Shown here piece after piece: positions 7,663 through 17,632 of a stretch of 64,000 bases of DNA. Within the stretch, counting starts at the first letter, position 1. Every line of letters begins with the position of its first letter. The stretch comes from Zeaxanthinibacter sp. (GTDB lineage: Bacteria; Bacteroidota; Bacteroidia; Flavobacteriales; Flavobacteriaceae). The DNA is taken from contig JBGTLT010000162.1 of NCBI GenBank assembly GCA_041743975.1, positions 12,743 to 76,742 of the forward strand, given 5' to 3'. The notes beneath the pieces were generated by a model, which saw nothing but the letters and a program-made list of their open reading frames with translations, did no database searches and was not told where the DNA came from. The position numbers and the translations under genes were made by a program.

Positions 7663-10416
7663 ATGAAAAATAGTGGTTACTTATTTCTCCTCCTCCTCCT
7701 GCCTATCGGGCTTTGGGGCCAGGTCCTCCTGCCTCCTATCCAGAACTACAAGATCTTTGAATACAAAGCAGCCAGCAAGAACTGGAGCCTGGCCTGTGAT
7801 GAGGAAGGGGAATTGTATGTAGCAAACAATGAAGGTTTGTTACATTATAACGGGGAGGAATGGACATTGTATAAATTGCCACACAATACCACTATTCGCT
7901 CGGTGGCAAGCATCGAAGGCCGGATCTATACCGGATCCTATGAAGAATTTGGTTATTGGATGAAAAATGCTGTCGGGAACCTGGAGTATACTTCCCTGAC
8001 CCACCTGATACGGGACCATGTTTTTACCAGTGAGGAGTTCTGGCAGATTCTGCCTTATAAAGATGCCATTTTATTCAGGTCCTTCTCGGGAATCTATGAA
8101 TACAAAGACAATGCAATAACAGTCATTGATCCTCCTATGGTTGTTAGTTATATGGAGGTATTCCGGGACAAAGTATTGGTAGCGGCAGGTCATGAAAGAT
8201 TGTACTGGCTGTCTGGGGTAGAATTGGTGCCCTACGGCAACCATGAGGTCCTGGATGAAAAGATCGTAATAGACATGGACATCATCCCGGAGGGCCTGAT
8301 GATCGGCACTAAGCTCAATGGGTGCTATATATTGAGCAACGGGCAGCTGAATCCCTTCAACACGGGCATCAATACTGAATTAAAGCGGTTCCAATTAAAC
8401 CAGATATTGCGATTGAGCAATGGGAAAATTGCTTTTGGAACCATTAAAAACGGGGTTTATCTGTACGACCCTGAAAGAGACACTTATCAGGTATTCAATC
8501 GGGAATCCGGGTTGCAGAACAATACCATATTGTCCATGTTACAGGTCCGGGACCAGTTATGGCTGGGGCTGGACAACGGTATAGACAGGGTGCAGCTCAA
8601 TCATCCGCTCACCTATTTTACGGATTATTCCGGAGTGGTGGGCACGGTATATGACCTGGCTTTTTATAAGGGCATCCTATATGTCGGCAGCAATACCGGG
8701 ATCTATTATTTCAGGGAAAACAAACTCCATTTTGTTGAAGGATCCCAGGGCCACGTCTGGGACCTGGAAGTGATAGACGGTGACCTTTTTTGCGGGCACA
8801 ATACCGGAACTTTCAGGATTGAAGGGGATAAGCTGGAACTTATTTCCACTATTGCGGGCGGCTACCAGATAGTGAGCATACCGGAAGGAGGAGCATCCTT
8901 TTTGCAGGGAACCTATACGGGGATTGCGAAATATGACAGGGGCAAAGACGGGCAATGGCAGGCCAGGCCCGTAGCCGGATTCCCTTTCCCGGTAAAGTAC
9001 CTGTGTTTCGAAGATCCGGAAACCTTGTGGGCAGCTCATCCTTACAAGGGTTTTTATAGGATTAAGCTCAATATGAAAAAGGATTCCGTTGTAATCAGGG
9101 AGGACTTAAACACCCAGGCGCCGCCCAATATTTATAATATCAAACTGTATAATATAAAAAACCAGATCGTGCTGCAAAGTGCCGGCGAATGGTACATATA
9201 CGACCCAATTTTAGGCACTATTGGGGCTTTTAAAGAATTTCAGGCATACACAAACAAGGACCTCTTGTATAATGATGGTGCTTACTACTGGTTTGTAAAT
9301 AATGAAAACACCAAGGAAGTAATTCAGACAGACCTGAAGTCAGATCATTTGGTTTTGTCCGACAAGCAGTTTCAGGAGCGGCTGGCACCGGAATCCGGGA
9401 GGATCATCAAACAAAATGATTCTACCTACTACTTTACCCTGATCGATGGCTTCGCGAAGCTTGATCTTTCCAAATTGAGGAAGCAACAGGAGAACTTGGA
9501 ATTGTATAAACCCCAACTCAGTGGTTTCCGGGATGAGGATGTGGCCTATACGCTTCTGGATACGGCCTTTCTGATTCCGTATAAAAGTGCACAGGACCTG
9601 CAATTCAAAATATCCTCGGCCAAACAGATTATGCCCCGGTATTATTACGAGTTACGGGGTGCAATGGAAAAATCTGCCTATAGCAACCGGGGTACCATCC
9701 AGTTTCAAAACCTTCCATATGGAGACTATGACCTCAAAATCTCAACGGTAGGTACGGAGAACCAAAAATCGGAACCGCTGAAACTTTCTTTTCAAATTTT
9801 GGCACCCTGGTACCTGTCTGCCTGGAGTATTGCAGGCTATGTGCTGCTTTTATTGGCGCTCGTGTTTTACCTCAGATGGTTTAACCGCCGGAAACTACAA
9901 AAAAAGCATGATAACCTCATCGCGCAGCTGCATCGGGAACAGGAAGAGCAACTGGCCCGTCTTGAAAAGGAAAAACTGGCCAAAGAAATCAGGCTCAAAC
10001 AAAAGGAATTGGCTAGCAGCACCATGAATGTCGCCAGGAAAAATGAAATGATCCTGGAATTGAAGAATTTGCTGTTGATGAACAAGGATAAGTTCCACAA
10101 CCAGCAACGGTATCGTTTGTTTATGAAAAAATTGAACAGTTCAATGGAGGATACAGAAGACTGGAAACGTTTTGAAATGAATTTCAAGGAATTGCACGAG
10201 GATTTTTTTGGTAACCTGCTGAAAAGATACCCTAACCTAACACCCAAGGACCTCAAACTATGCGCCTATCTTAAGATGAACCTTTCAACCAAAGAAATCG
10301 CACCATTGATGGGAATCACCACCCGGGGGGTTGAAATCCACAGATACCGTCTTCGTAAGAAATTACAACTGGAAGCTACACAAAATATCTCCAATTTCCT
10401 GATTACGCTCCGATAA
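7663..10416 (+). CDS. transmembrane one-component regulator: periplasmic two-component-regulator-propeller repeats plus Y_Y_Y domain, one TM helix, coiled coil, C-terminal LuxR/GerE HTH
   Basis: Signal peptide followed by a beta-propeller-like repeat region. YYY motif (PRYYYELRG...NLPYGDYDLKI). TM helix WSIAGYVLLLLALVFYLRWF. Charged coiled coil (HREQEEQLARLEKEKLAKE). LuxR HTH (LTPKDLKLCAYLKMNLSTKEIAPLMGITTRGVEIHRYRLRKKL). No histidine-kinase or receiver motifs seen. Confidence 0.85.
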   Translation: MKNSGYLFLLLLLPIGLWGQVLLPPIQNYKIFEYKAASKNWSLACDEEGELYVANNEGLLHYNGEEWTLYKLPHNTTIRSVASIEGRIYTGSYEEFGYWMKNAVGNLEYTSLTHLIRDHVFTSEEFWQILPYKDAILFRSFSGIYEYKDNAITVIDPPMVVSYMEVFRDKVLVAAGHERLYWLSGVELVPYGNHEVLDEKIVIDMDIIPEGLMIGTKLNGCYILSNGQLNPFNTGINTELKRFQLNQILRLSNGKIAFGTIKNGVYLYDPERDTYQVFNRESGLQNNTILSMLQVRDQLWLGLDNGIDRVQLNHPLTYFTDYSGVVGTVYDLAFYKGILYVGSNTGIYYFRENKLHFVEGSQGHVWDLEVIDGDLFCGHNTGTFRIEGDKLELISTIAGGYQIVSIPEGGASFLQGTYTGIAKYDRGKDGQWQARPVAGFPFPVKYLCFEDPETLWAAHPYKGFYRIKLNMKKDSVVIREDLNTQAPPNIYNIKLYNIKNQIVLQSAGEWYIYDPILGTIGAFKEFQAYTNKDLLYNDGAYYWFVNNENTKEVIQTDLKSDHLVLSDKQFQERLAPESGRIIKQNDSTYYFTLIDGFAKLDLSKLRKQQENLELYKPQLSGFRDEDVAYTLLDTAFLIPYKSAQDLQFKISSAKQIMPRYYYELRGAMEKSAYSNRGTIQFQNLPYGDYDLKISTVGTENQKSEPLKLSFQILAPWYLSAWSIAGYVLLLLALVFYLRWFNRRKLQKKHDNLIAQLHREQEEQLARLEKEKLAKEIRLKQKELASSTMNVARKNEMILELKNLLLMNKDKFHNQQRYRLFMKKLNSSMEDTEDWKRFEMNFKELHEDFFGNLLKRYPNLTPKDLKLCAYLKMNLSTKEIAPLMGITTRGVEIHRYRLRKKLQLEATQNISNFLITLR

Positions 10417-10649
10417 ATATTCTTTTTAGCTCCGATTTCCGATCTTTTGCCGCATTACGGACTACATCAGTACTACATCATTATGTTAAATTATGATAAG
10501 GGTTTGATGTTTTAACTTATGCAAAAGCCGAGATAGTGGCGGGTTCCGGGACTTTATGTATTGATGTAATAATTATGTATAAGGAATACGCTGTAATAGG
10601 CTATTAATTTGATAACTTGTTAAAATCGTAACTCAATCCTTGAACTATT

Positions 10650-13600
10650 ATGAAAATTCGCTACACTTTGTTATTAATATGTTTTTTATTACTTCAATTT
10701 TCCGGGCTTGCTCAACAGGAGATCTCTGTTGCGGGAACAATAACAGATAGCGCCGGGGAACCGTTGCCGGGCGCGAGTATTGTGCTGAAAGGAACCGTAA
10801 CCGGAACACAATCCGATTTTGATGGTAACTATACCCTGGCCGATATTCCTTCTGATGGTACCTTAACTATAAGTTACGTTGGATATACCACGGAGGAAGT
10901 AGCAATTAACGGGCAGACAGCAATCGATGTTGTGCTGTCTGAAGATGCAGAAGCCCTGGATGAAGTGGTTGTGGTTGGATATGGAACCGCTAAAAAAAGG
11001 GATCTCGCCGGTTCAATTGTTAAGGTTGAGGGGGATGTAGTTGCAGACAAACCTAATGCAAACCCTGTGGCTTCTTTACAAGGAAAGGTCGCTGGTTTAT
11101 CTGTAGTTAACTCGGGACAGCCAGGACAAGAACCGGATATTCGTATAAGGGGAACCGTTAGTAGAAATCAAACCAAACCCTTATATGTGGTTGATGGAAT
11201 TTTTAGCGAGGACATCAGTTATATCAATCCAAACGACATAGAGTCTATCGAGTTGCTAAAAGACCCCTCATCTTTGGCCATATTTGGGGTAAGGGGAGCA
11301 AATGGGGTCATACTTGTTACGACCAAGCAAGCAAAAGAGGGAATACTAAATATTAATTTTTCAGCCTCCACTGGCGTTAAATATATTGCTGGAAAACCTG
11401 ACCTGGCCAATGCTGATTTATTTAAAACCTTATATGATGAGCGATTGGTTAATGATGGTTTAGCACCCTATGCTTCTTATAATTTATTCAATGGTGATAC
11501 CGATTGGATTGACCAAATTGCAAATAATGGAGCAATCGTTCAAAATGCCAATTTAAGTATACAAAGTGGTAATGAAACAAATAAAATAAGTATTGGTCTG
11601 GGATATTTAAAAGAAGAAGGAATTATACGAAATGAGGAATTGCAAAGAATTACCATTAATATCAATGATGAAGTCAAAATTTCCGATAATTTAAAAGTTG
11701 GTATTGGTATAAATGGGGTAAAATCAGATTTACCGGGGCCACCCCCCAACAGCCCATATAATTTTGGTGCTGCACTGATAGCGACGCCAATAGTGAGTCC
11801 TTTTAATGCAGATAATGTTTATAATCAATTACCCATCGCAATTGGTGGAGCGCAAGTAGGGAATCCTTTACTGGCGGTAAACGAACGTTTACCGACGACT
11901 ATAGATGACACCTACCGATTTGTTGGCAATGTTTTTGCCGAGTTAAGATTTTTAAAAGACTTTACCTTCAGAACAGCCTATTCGGGTAATTATGGAATTC
12001 AAAAAGGGAGAGGTTATTCTGCCCTTACCCCTGTATATGTTGCAGAAAGCGATGAAATTGCCAATTTTTCAGGACAAATATTAACAAGTGTTTCACAATA
12101 CAATAATACCAAACAGGATTTTCAACAGGATTACCTGCTAACGTATACTAAAGATTTGGGAGATCATGGTATTACAGCGTTATTAGGCTTTACCACCTTT
12201 CAGGAATATCTGGAAAATATCAATGGTTCGGTAAGACAATTGGCTGATGGCGAACCTATTCCTAATGATCCAAGATGGTGGTATTTAAATGTGTTCCCGT
12301 TTGGCGATCAGGATACAAGAATTTCAAATTCAACGCAATGGGACAGGGCCACTTCATCCTCTTTATTCCGGTTATTATATAATTATCAGGGGAAATATAT
12401 CTTAAACGGTTCGTTTAGAAGGGATTCTTCTTCAGAATTACCTGAAGCGACGAGAGACCAAAATTTTTGGTCATTAGGTGCGGCCTGGGAATTAAGCAGA
12501 GAAAAATTTATGGAGAATAGTTTCATTGATTATTTAAAACTCAAGGGTTCTTATGGGGAATTGGGGAATCAATATAATGCTGTAAATTATCCTTACCTGC
12601 CCAATTATCAGTTAGGGGCATCTGCAATATTAGGCAGTCCACAAGGCGTGATTCCTGCTTATGTTTTGGCATATCGAAATTCTAATGATTTAAGATGGGA
12701 AACCATTACCTCTTATGAAGCAGGTCTTGAGTTAACTACTTTTGAAAACAGATTGAAATTTGAAGCTGCTTATTATAATAAATTAACAAAAGATTTATTG
12801 GTATTTGTTACAAGAGGCAGTGAACGATTTTATACCAATGCCGGGGAAATCGAAAATAAGGGTTTTGAATTTTCTACCACCTGGAATGACGCTGTGGGCT
12901 CGGATTTCCAATATTCAATAAGCGGAAATTTAGCAACTGTAGAAAATACTGTAAACTCTGTAGTAGAACCTGGTTTTGAGATATTTGCCGGACCAACACG
13001 TACAAGCGAAGGTTTTCCAATTGGTTCGTTTTTTGGTTATGAAGTCGAAGGGCTTTATCAATCGAATTTAGATATTCAAGCCTCTCCCCCTAGTACAATA
13101 GGTGAGTATGCACCTGGAGATTTTAAATATAGAGACGTGAATGGTGATGGTGTAATAACTGAAGATGACAGAACGGTAATAGGAAACCCAACTCCCGATT
13201 TTACGTATGGTGCAAGTGTAAATCTTGCTTATAAAAACCTCTCATTAGACATTGATGTACAAGGGGTTTATGGAAATGAGATATGGCGAAATTGGGGTAA
13301 TGGAAGTACTTTTGCCCAATTTAACTACAGAAGTGCAAGAGCTGACAGATGGATAGGTGGTGGAACCTCAAACTGGGAACCAAGATTAACTGAAGCTTCC
13401 GGGTATAACAAACAAAATTCTACTTATAATATAGAGGACGGTAGTTACGTAAGACTTCGGAATGTCCAACTTGCTTACAATTTTAAACCATTGACTATAA
13501 ATGGAAAGGATATAAAAAATATGAAATTATATCTCAATGCACAAAATTTATATACCTGGAAACATAATTCTGGTTTTACACCAGAGGCAGGAGGGACCCC

Positions 13601-13676
13601 AATTGAGTTTAGTATTGATAATGGCGGATATCCTTTACCTGTAATAACCAGTTTAGGTTTTAATGTAACATTTTAG
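10650..13676 (+). CDS. susC: SusC/RagA family TonB-linked outer membrane protein
   Basis: 1008 aa. Signal peptide, then a carboxypeptidase-regulatory-like N-terminal domain (ISVAGTITDSAGEPLPGASIVLKGT), a plug region (VVVGYGTAKKRDLAGS) and a terminal aromatic residue (NVTF). A SusD gene follows. Confidence 0.95.
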   Translation: MKIRYTLLLICFLLLQFSGLAQQEISVAGTITDSAGEPLPGASIVLKGTVTGTQSDFDGNYTLADIPSDGTLTISYVGYTTEEVAINGQTAIDVVLSEDAEALDEVVVVGYGTAKKRDLAGSIVKVEGDVVADKPNANPVASLQGKVAGLSVVNSGQPGQEPDIRIRGTVSRNQTKPLYVVDGIFSEDISYINPNDIESIELLKDPSSLAIFGVRGANGVILVTTKQAKEGILNINFSASTGVKYIAGKPDLANADLFKTLYDERLVNDGLAPYASYNLFNGDTDWIDQIANNGAIVQNANLSIQSGNETNKISIGLGYLKEEGIIRNEELQRITININDEVKISDNLKVGIGINGVKSDLPGPPPNSPYNFGAALIATPIVSPFNADNVYNQLPIAIGGAQVGNPLLAVNERLPTTIDDTYRFVGNVFAELRFLKDFTFRTAYSGNYGIQKGRGYSALTPVYVAESDEIANFSGQILTSVSQYNNTKQDFQQDYLLTYTKDLGDHGITALLGFTTFQEYLENINGSVRQLADGEPIPNDPRWWYLNVFPFGDQDTRISNSTQWDRATSSSLFRLLYNYQGKYILNGSFRRDSSSELPEATRDQNFWSLGAAWELSREKFMENSFIDYLKLKGSYGELGNQYNAVNYPYLPNYQLGASAILGSPQGVIPAYVLAYRNSNDLRWETITSYEAGLELTTFENRLKFEAAYYNKLTKDLLVFVTRGSERFYTNAGEIENKGFEFSTTWNDAVGSDFQYSISGNLATVENTVNSVVEPGFEIFAGPTRTSEGFPIGSFFGYEVEGLYQSNLDIQASPPSTIGEYAPGDFKYRDVNGDGVITEDDRTVIGNPTPDFTYGASVNLAYKNLSLDIDVQGVYGNEIWRNWGNGSTFAQFNYRSARADRWIGGGTSNWEPRLTEASGYNKQNSTYNIEDGSYVRLRNVQLAYNFKPLTINGKDIKNMKLYLNAQNLYTWKHNSGFTPEAGGTPIEFSIDNGGYPLPVITSLGFNVTF

Positions 13677-13699
13677 TAAAATTTATAATTTTTAATACT

Positions 13700-15175
13700 A
13701 TGAAAAAAGAAATAGTCTTCATTAAGAATATAATAGGAGCACTGCTTATGTTATCATTTATTATTTCGTGTACTAACGATTTATTGGATACAAAGCCATT
13801 AGGAGTTGCTACTGTTGGAGACCTTACAACCGGTGGTTTTGAAGCAGATGCGTTTGGATTGTACGGACAACTAAGAGATTCGGGCGTTTCAAATTGGACT
13901 AGATTCTGGTTTCAAAGCATTCGTTCCGATGATGCCGATAAAGGGAGTTCGGCTGGCGATCAAGCGCAGGGAGGAGCTGATTTTAATGAATTTAATTATT
14001 CCATTGATAGTGGCTTTAATAATGATAATTGGAATGACCATTACAAAGTGATCAATGCCTGTAATGATTTAATTGATGCCATCGAAGTTTCCGGGTTAAC
14101 GGATAGTGGGACTATGGTAAATATGGCCGAAGCCAGAATGGTAAGGGCATTTCTTTATTTTGATTTAAGAAGGGATTACGGGGAGGTTCCAATAGTTGAT
14201 GAAAAAATAACAGAAGTAACCGATGGGAATAATCCAAAATCTACCGAAGCAGAGGTTGATGCTTTTATTGAAGCTGATCTGGAGTTTGCAAGCGCAAATT
14301 TGCCTTTGACCTGGCCCTCTAACCATGTTGGAAGGGCTACCAAAGGGTTTGCGGATGGGTTACTCGCCAAACTGTATTTATATCAGGAAAACTATGCTGC
14401 TTCTTTGGCAAAAAGTCAGGAAGTTATCAATTCCGGGGTGTATGCATTAGAACCTTCCTATAAAACATTGTTCAACATTGAGGGTAATAATTCGATTGAA
14501 TCTATATTTGAAATACAACAATTGGTTACAGAATCTGGTCAGGAGTTTGGTAATACTTATTATCAATCACAAGGAGTTAGAGGTACGGGCCAATGGGACT
14601 TAGGTTGGGGGTTTAATGTGCCTACCCAAAATTTAGTGGATGCTTATGAACCGGATGACCCAAGGATGGATGACACAATCTTAATTTCGGGTGAAGATGA
14701 TGGCGGTTATGGTAGTGGGACCTTGCCAGGAACTCCTCCTCTGGATCAATTATATTGGAACAAAAAAGCATATACCGAAGCTGCTGAAAGAGTGAGATTT
14801 AGCCTGAGGTTTAATCTGTGGGAGAATATAAAAATTCTTCGATATGCAGATGTTCTGCTAATGGCAGCGGAAGCAGCGGTTCAAACAGGAAATGTGGCTC
14901 TTGCCACGGATTATTTAAACCAGGTAAGGGCACGGGCAAGAGGTGGGGCAAACGTGCTTCCGGATGTAGCACTTGCAACATTAGAGGCTGTCAAGCACGA
15001 AAGAAGAATAGAATTGGCAATGGAAGGGGAGCGTTTTTACGATTTGGTCCGCTGGGGTGAAGCACCTGCCATGTTGGGGGGCTTAGGCTATGAAGCTAGA
15101 AATGAGTGGTATCCAATCCCACAAACGGCAATCGATCAATCGAACGGGGTATTGGTACAAAATCCAAATTATTAA
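13700..15175 (+). CDS. susD: SusD/RagB family nutrient-binding outer membrane lipoprotein
   Basis: 491 aa with a lipoprotein signal (LSFIISC). The C-terminal ERRIELAMEGERFYDLVRWG motif is typical of SusD. Lies 23 nt after susC. Confidence 0.9.
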   Translation: MKKEIVFIKNIIGALLMLSFIISCTNDLLDTKPLGVATVGDLTTGGFEADAFGLYGQLRDSGVSNWTRFWFQSIRSDDADKGSSAGDQAQGGADFNEFNYSIDSGFNNDNWNDHYKVINACNDLIDAIEVSGLTDSGTMVNMAEARMVRAFLYFDLRRDYGEVPIVDEKITEVTDGNNPKSTEAEVDAFIEADLEFASANLPLTWPSNHVGRATKGFADGLLAKLYLYQENYAASLAKSQEVINSGVYALEPSYKTLFNIEGNNSIESIFEIQQLVTESGQEFGNTYYQSQGVRGTGQWDLGWGFNVPTQNLVDAYEPDDPRMDDTILISGEDDGGYGSGTLPGTPPLDQLYWNKKAYTEAAERVRFSLRFNLWENIKILRYADVLLMAAEAAVQTGNVALATDYLNQVRARARGGANVLPDVALATLEAVKHERRIELAMEGERFYDLVRWGEAPAMLGGLGYEARNEWYPIPQTAIDQSNGVLVQNPNY

Positions 15176-15199
15176 TAATTGTTCAAAAAAAAGTTAGCT

Positions 15200-17632
15200 A
15201 TGAAAAATCGGCTTCATAAATTTAAAATAATGGCTTATGTGGTTTTGACTGCGTTTGCCATTACGGGTTGTCAAAATTTAGACAAACCCGGATTCGGGGA
15301 ATATGAATTGGATCCTTCTATAGTAAACATTCTTTCTCCTGAAGAAGGGTCCGCTATTAAGGTTTTTGAAGAGGTCACATCTGTAGATATAGAAATAGAA
15401 GTTAATGATGATAATGTTGTTGATGAAATATCAATAGTTTTGGACGGCACTGAGATTGCAACATTAAATAATTTCAGTAATCCACGTCATGTATCAGAAA
15501 CTTACACATATGACGGTTTAGTAAATGGAAGCCATAAATTAACGGTAACATCTACCGATATTAATGGTAAATCTACCTCTGCTGAAGTTAATTTCAGCAA
15601 AGACCCGCCATACACTCCTACATATGATGGTGAAATTTTATACATGCCTTTTGATGGTGACTATAGGGATTTGGTTAGGGGTAATTTGGCAGATCAGGTC
15701 GGGTCACCTGGCTTTGCAGGTTCTGGTCTTGCAGGAACAAATGCATATAAGGGTGCCGCTGACTCCTATTTAACAAAACCAACGGAGGGGCTTTTAAATT
15801 CGGAATTTAGCGCGACTTTTTGGATAAACACCATTGCGACCCCTGACAGAGCCGGGATATTAACAATCAGCCCGGAAGATGCTGTAAATCCCGGTAATCC
15901 AAATAACAGATCAAGTGGCTTTAGATTGTTTAGGGAAGCCGTGGATGGAAATCAGGTACTTAAGTTAAATATTGGTTCTGGCGGTGATAATTGGTTCGAT
16001 GGTGGAGCGGCTGCTGCCTTGCCATTAGGTGAATGGGCACATGTCACAATAAGTATCAGTGCATCAGAGGCTACAGTGTTTATTAATGGACAGATTGTCA
16101 GCCAGGGTGGCTTCCCCGGACTCGATTGGACGGGTTGTGATTTGCTTTCTATTGGCTCTGGAGCCCCTAGATTTGTGGAATGGGGACATTTAGCAGAGGA
16201 AAGTCCGATTGATGAGCTCCGCATCTTCAATAAAGCTTTGACACAAGCTGATATTCAGGATATGATCAATACGGCCAATCCGTACATACCTCAATTTCCT
16301 GGCGAAACATTCTATATGCCCTTTGATAATGGTTTTGTCAACCTGGTTGGCAATATAGCTGCTACCCCGGTTGGGTCGCCTCAAATAACAGTTGACGCCT
16401 ATGAAGGATCAGGTGCCTATATGGGAGCTACTGATTCCTATATAACATATCCGTCAGCCGGATTAACCACCCCTGAGTTCAGTGCCAGTATGTGGTTTAA
16501 TTTAAACAATGTACCGGATCGTGCTGCTCTATTGGCCATTAGTCCGGAAGATACAGCTAATCCCGGATATCCTGATATTCAAAATAACAGATCGTCTGGC
16601 ATTAGGTTGTTTCGGGAAGATGTTGGTGGAGAGCAGGTACTTAAACTGAATATCGGTACGGGCGGTGACAATTGGTTTGACGGTGGTGCAGCTGCTGCAA
16701 TGCCATTAGGTGAATGGGCACATCTTGCAATAAGTATTGGGGCAACGGAGGCAACTGTATATATAAATGGAGTGGTGGTAAGCACTGGGCCTTTTCCAGG
16801 CCTTGATTGGACAGGTTGTGATGTTATTTCCATTATGTCCGGTGCACCAAGGTTTACAGAATGGGGTCATCTATCTGATCTTAGTAGTCTGGACGAATTG
16901 CGATTTTTTAATAAGGCATTATCTGCAGAAGAAGTTGGTGCAATATTTGGTGGTGTGGTTACACCTCCATTCTTTGGAGCAACCTTATACATGCCCTTTG
17001 ATGGTGACAATGTCAACAAAGCTCAAAATGTTGCAGCCACAGTTGTAGGAACCACGGGGTTCTCCGGTGAAGGTAAGGTAGGATCAGATTCTTTTGCAGG
17101 TGCTGCAGACTCTTATTTAACGATTCCATCTGATGGGTTAACCACCCCGGAATTTAGTGCTGCCATGTGGTACAAATTAAACAATGTTCCGGACCGCGGA
17201 GGTATTTTGGCAATCAGTCCTGAAGATGTTGCCAATGCGGGCTACCCTGATATTCAAAATGACAGGTCATCGGGCATTAGGTTGTTCAGGGAAGATGTTG
17301 GGGGAGAGCAGGTGCTTAAACTGAATATCGGTACGGGTACCGACAATTGGTTTGATGGTGGTGCTGCTGCTGCGATGCCAGTAGGTGAATGGGCACATCT
17401 CGCAATAAGTATCGGGGCAACTGAGGCAACGGTATATATAAATGGGGAAGTGGTAAGCACTGGACCCTTTACTGGGCTTGATTGGACAGGCTGTGATGTT
17501 ATTTCCATTATGTCCGGTGCTCCAAGGTTTACAGAATGGGGTCATTTATCCGATCTTAGTTTTCTTGATGAATTGTACTTTTTTGATAAAGCACTGACAC
17601 AGGCCGAGATCCAAACCATTATGTCAGAATAG
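15200..17632 (+). CDS. surface lipoprotein with an N-terminal Ig-like domain and three tandem LamG/concanavalin-like domains (candidate surface glycan-binding protein)
   Basis: ATG at 15200 gives MKNRLHKFKIMAYVVLTAFAITGC, a lipobox. The track start at 15179 is a TTG. Three units of about 224 aa each begin YMPFDG/N and contain PDR..L.ISPED...NNRSSG.RLFRE...LKLNIG.G.DNWFDGGAAA.P.GEWAH. It occupies the position after susD that is usual for SGBPs. Confidence 0.8.
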   Translation: MKNRLHKFKIMAYVVLTAFAITGCQNLDKPGFGEYELDPSIVNILSPEEGSAIKVFEEVTSVDIEIEVNDDNVVDEISIVLDGTEIATLNNFSNPRHVSETYTYDGLVNGSHKLTVTSTDINGKSTSAEVNFSKDPPYTPTYDGEILYMPFDGDYRDLVRGNLADQVGSPGFAGSGLAGTNAYKGAADSYLTKPTEGLLNSEFSATFWINTIATPDRAGILTISPEDAVNPGNPNNRSSGFRLFREAVDGNQVLKLNIGSGGDNWFDGGAAAALPLGEWAHVTISISASEATVFINGQIVSQGGFPGLDWTGCDLLSIGSGAPRFVEWGHLAEESPIDELRIFNKALTQADIQDMINTANPYIPQFPGETFYMPFDNGFVNLVGNIAATPVGSPQITVDAYEGSGAYMGATDSYITYPSAGLTTPEFSASMWFNLNNVPDRAALLAISPEDTANPGYPDIQNNRSSGIRLFREDVGGEQVLKLNIGTGGDNWFDGGAAAAMPLGEWAHLAISIGATEATVYINGVVVSTGPFPGLDWTGCDVISIMSGAPRFTEWGHLSDLSSLDELRFFNKALSAEEVGAIFGGVVTPPFFGATLYMPFDGDNVNKAQNVAATVVGTTGFSGEGKVGSDSFAGAADSYLTIPSDGLTTPEFSAAMWYKLNNVPDRGGILAISPEDVANAGYPDIQNDRSSGIRLFREDVGGEQVLKLNIGTGTDNWFDGGAAAAMPVGEWAHLAISIGATEATVYINGEVVSTGPFTGLDWTGCDVISIMSGAPRFTEWGHLSDLSFLDELYFFDKALTQAEIQTIMSE
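15641..17632 (+). repeat. three tandem in-frame coding repeats (periods 672 and 675 nt) encoding the LamG-like domains
   Basis: Unit starts (codons for Y-M-P-F-D) are at 15641, 16313 and 16988. Units 2 and 3 share 155 of 172 nt by hand alignment (16599..16770 versus 17274..17445). Confidence 0.85.

Noticed and set aside
16579-16833. Pair of near-identical 84-aa antisense ORFs (the second at 17254..17508)
   Set aside because: Their similarity is a by-product of the sense-strand LamG coding repeat, not evidence of antisense genes.
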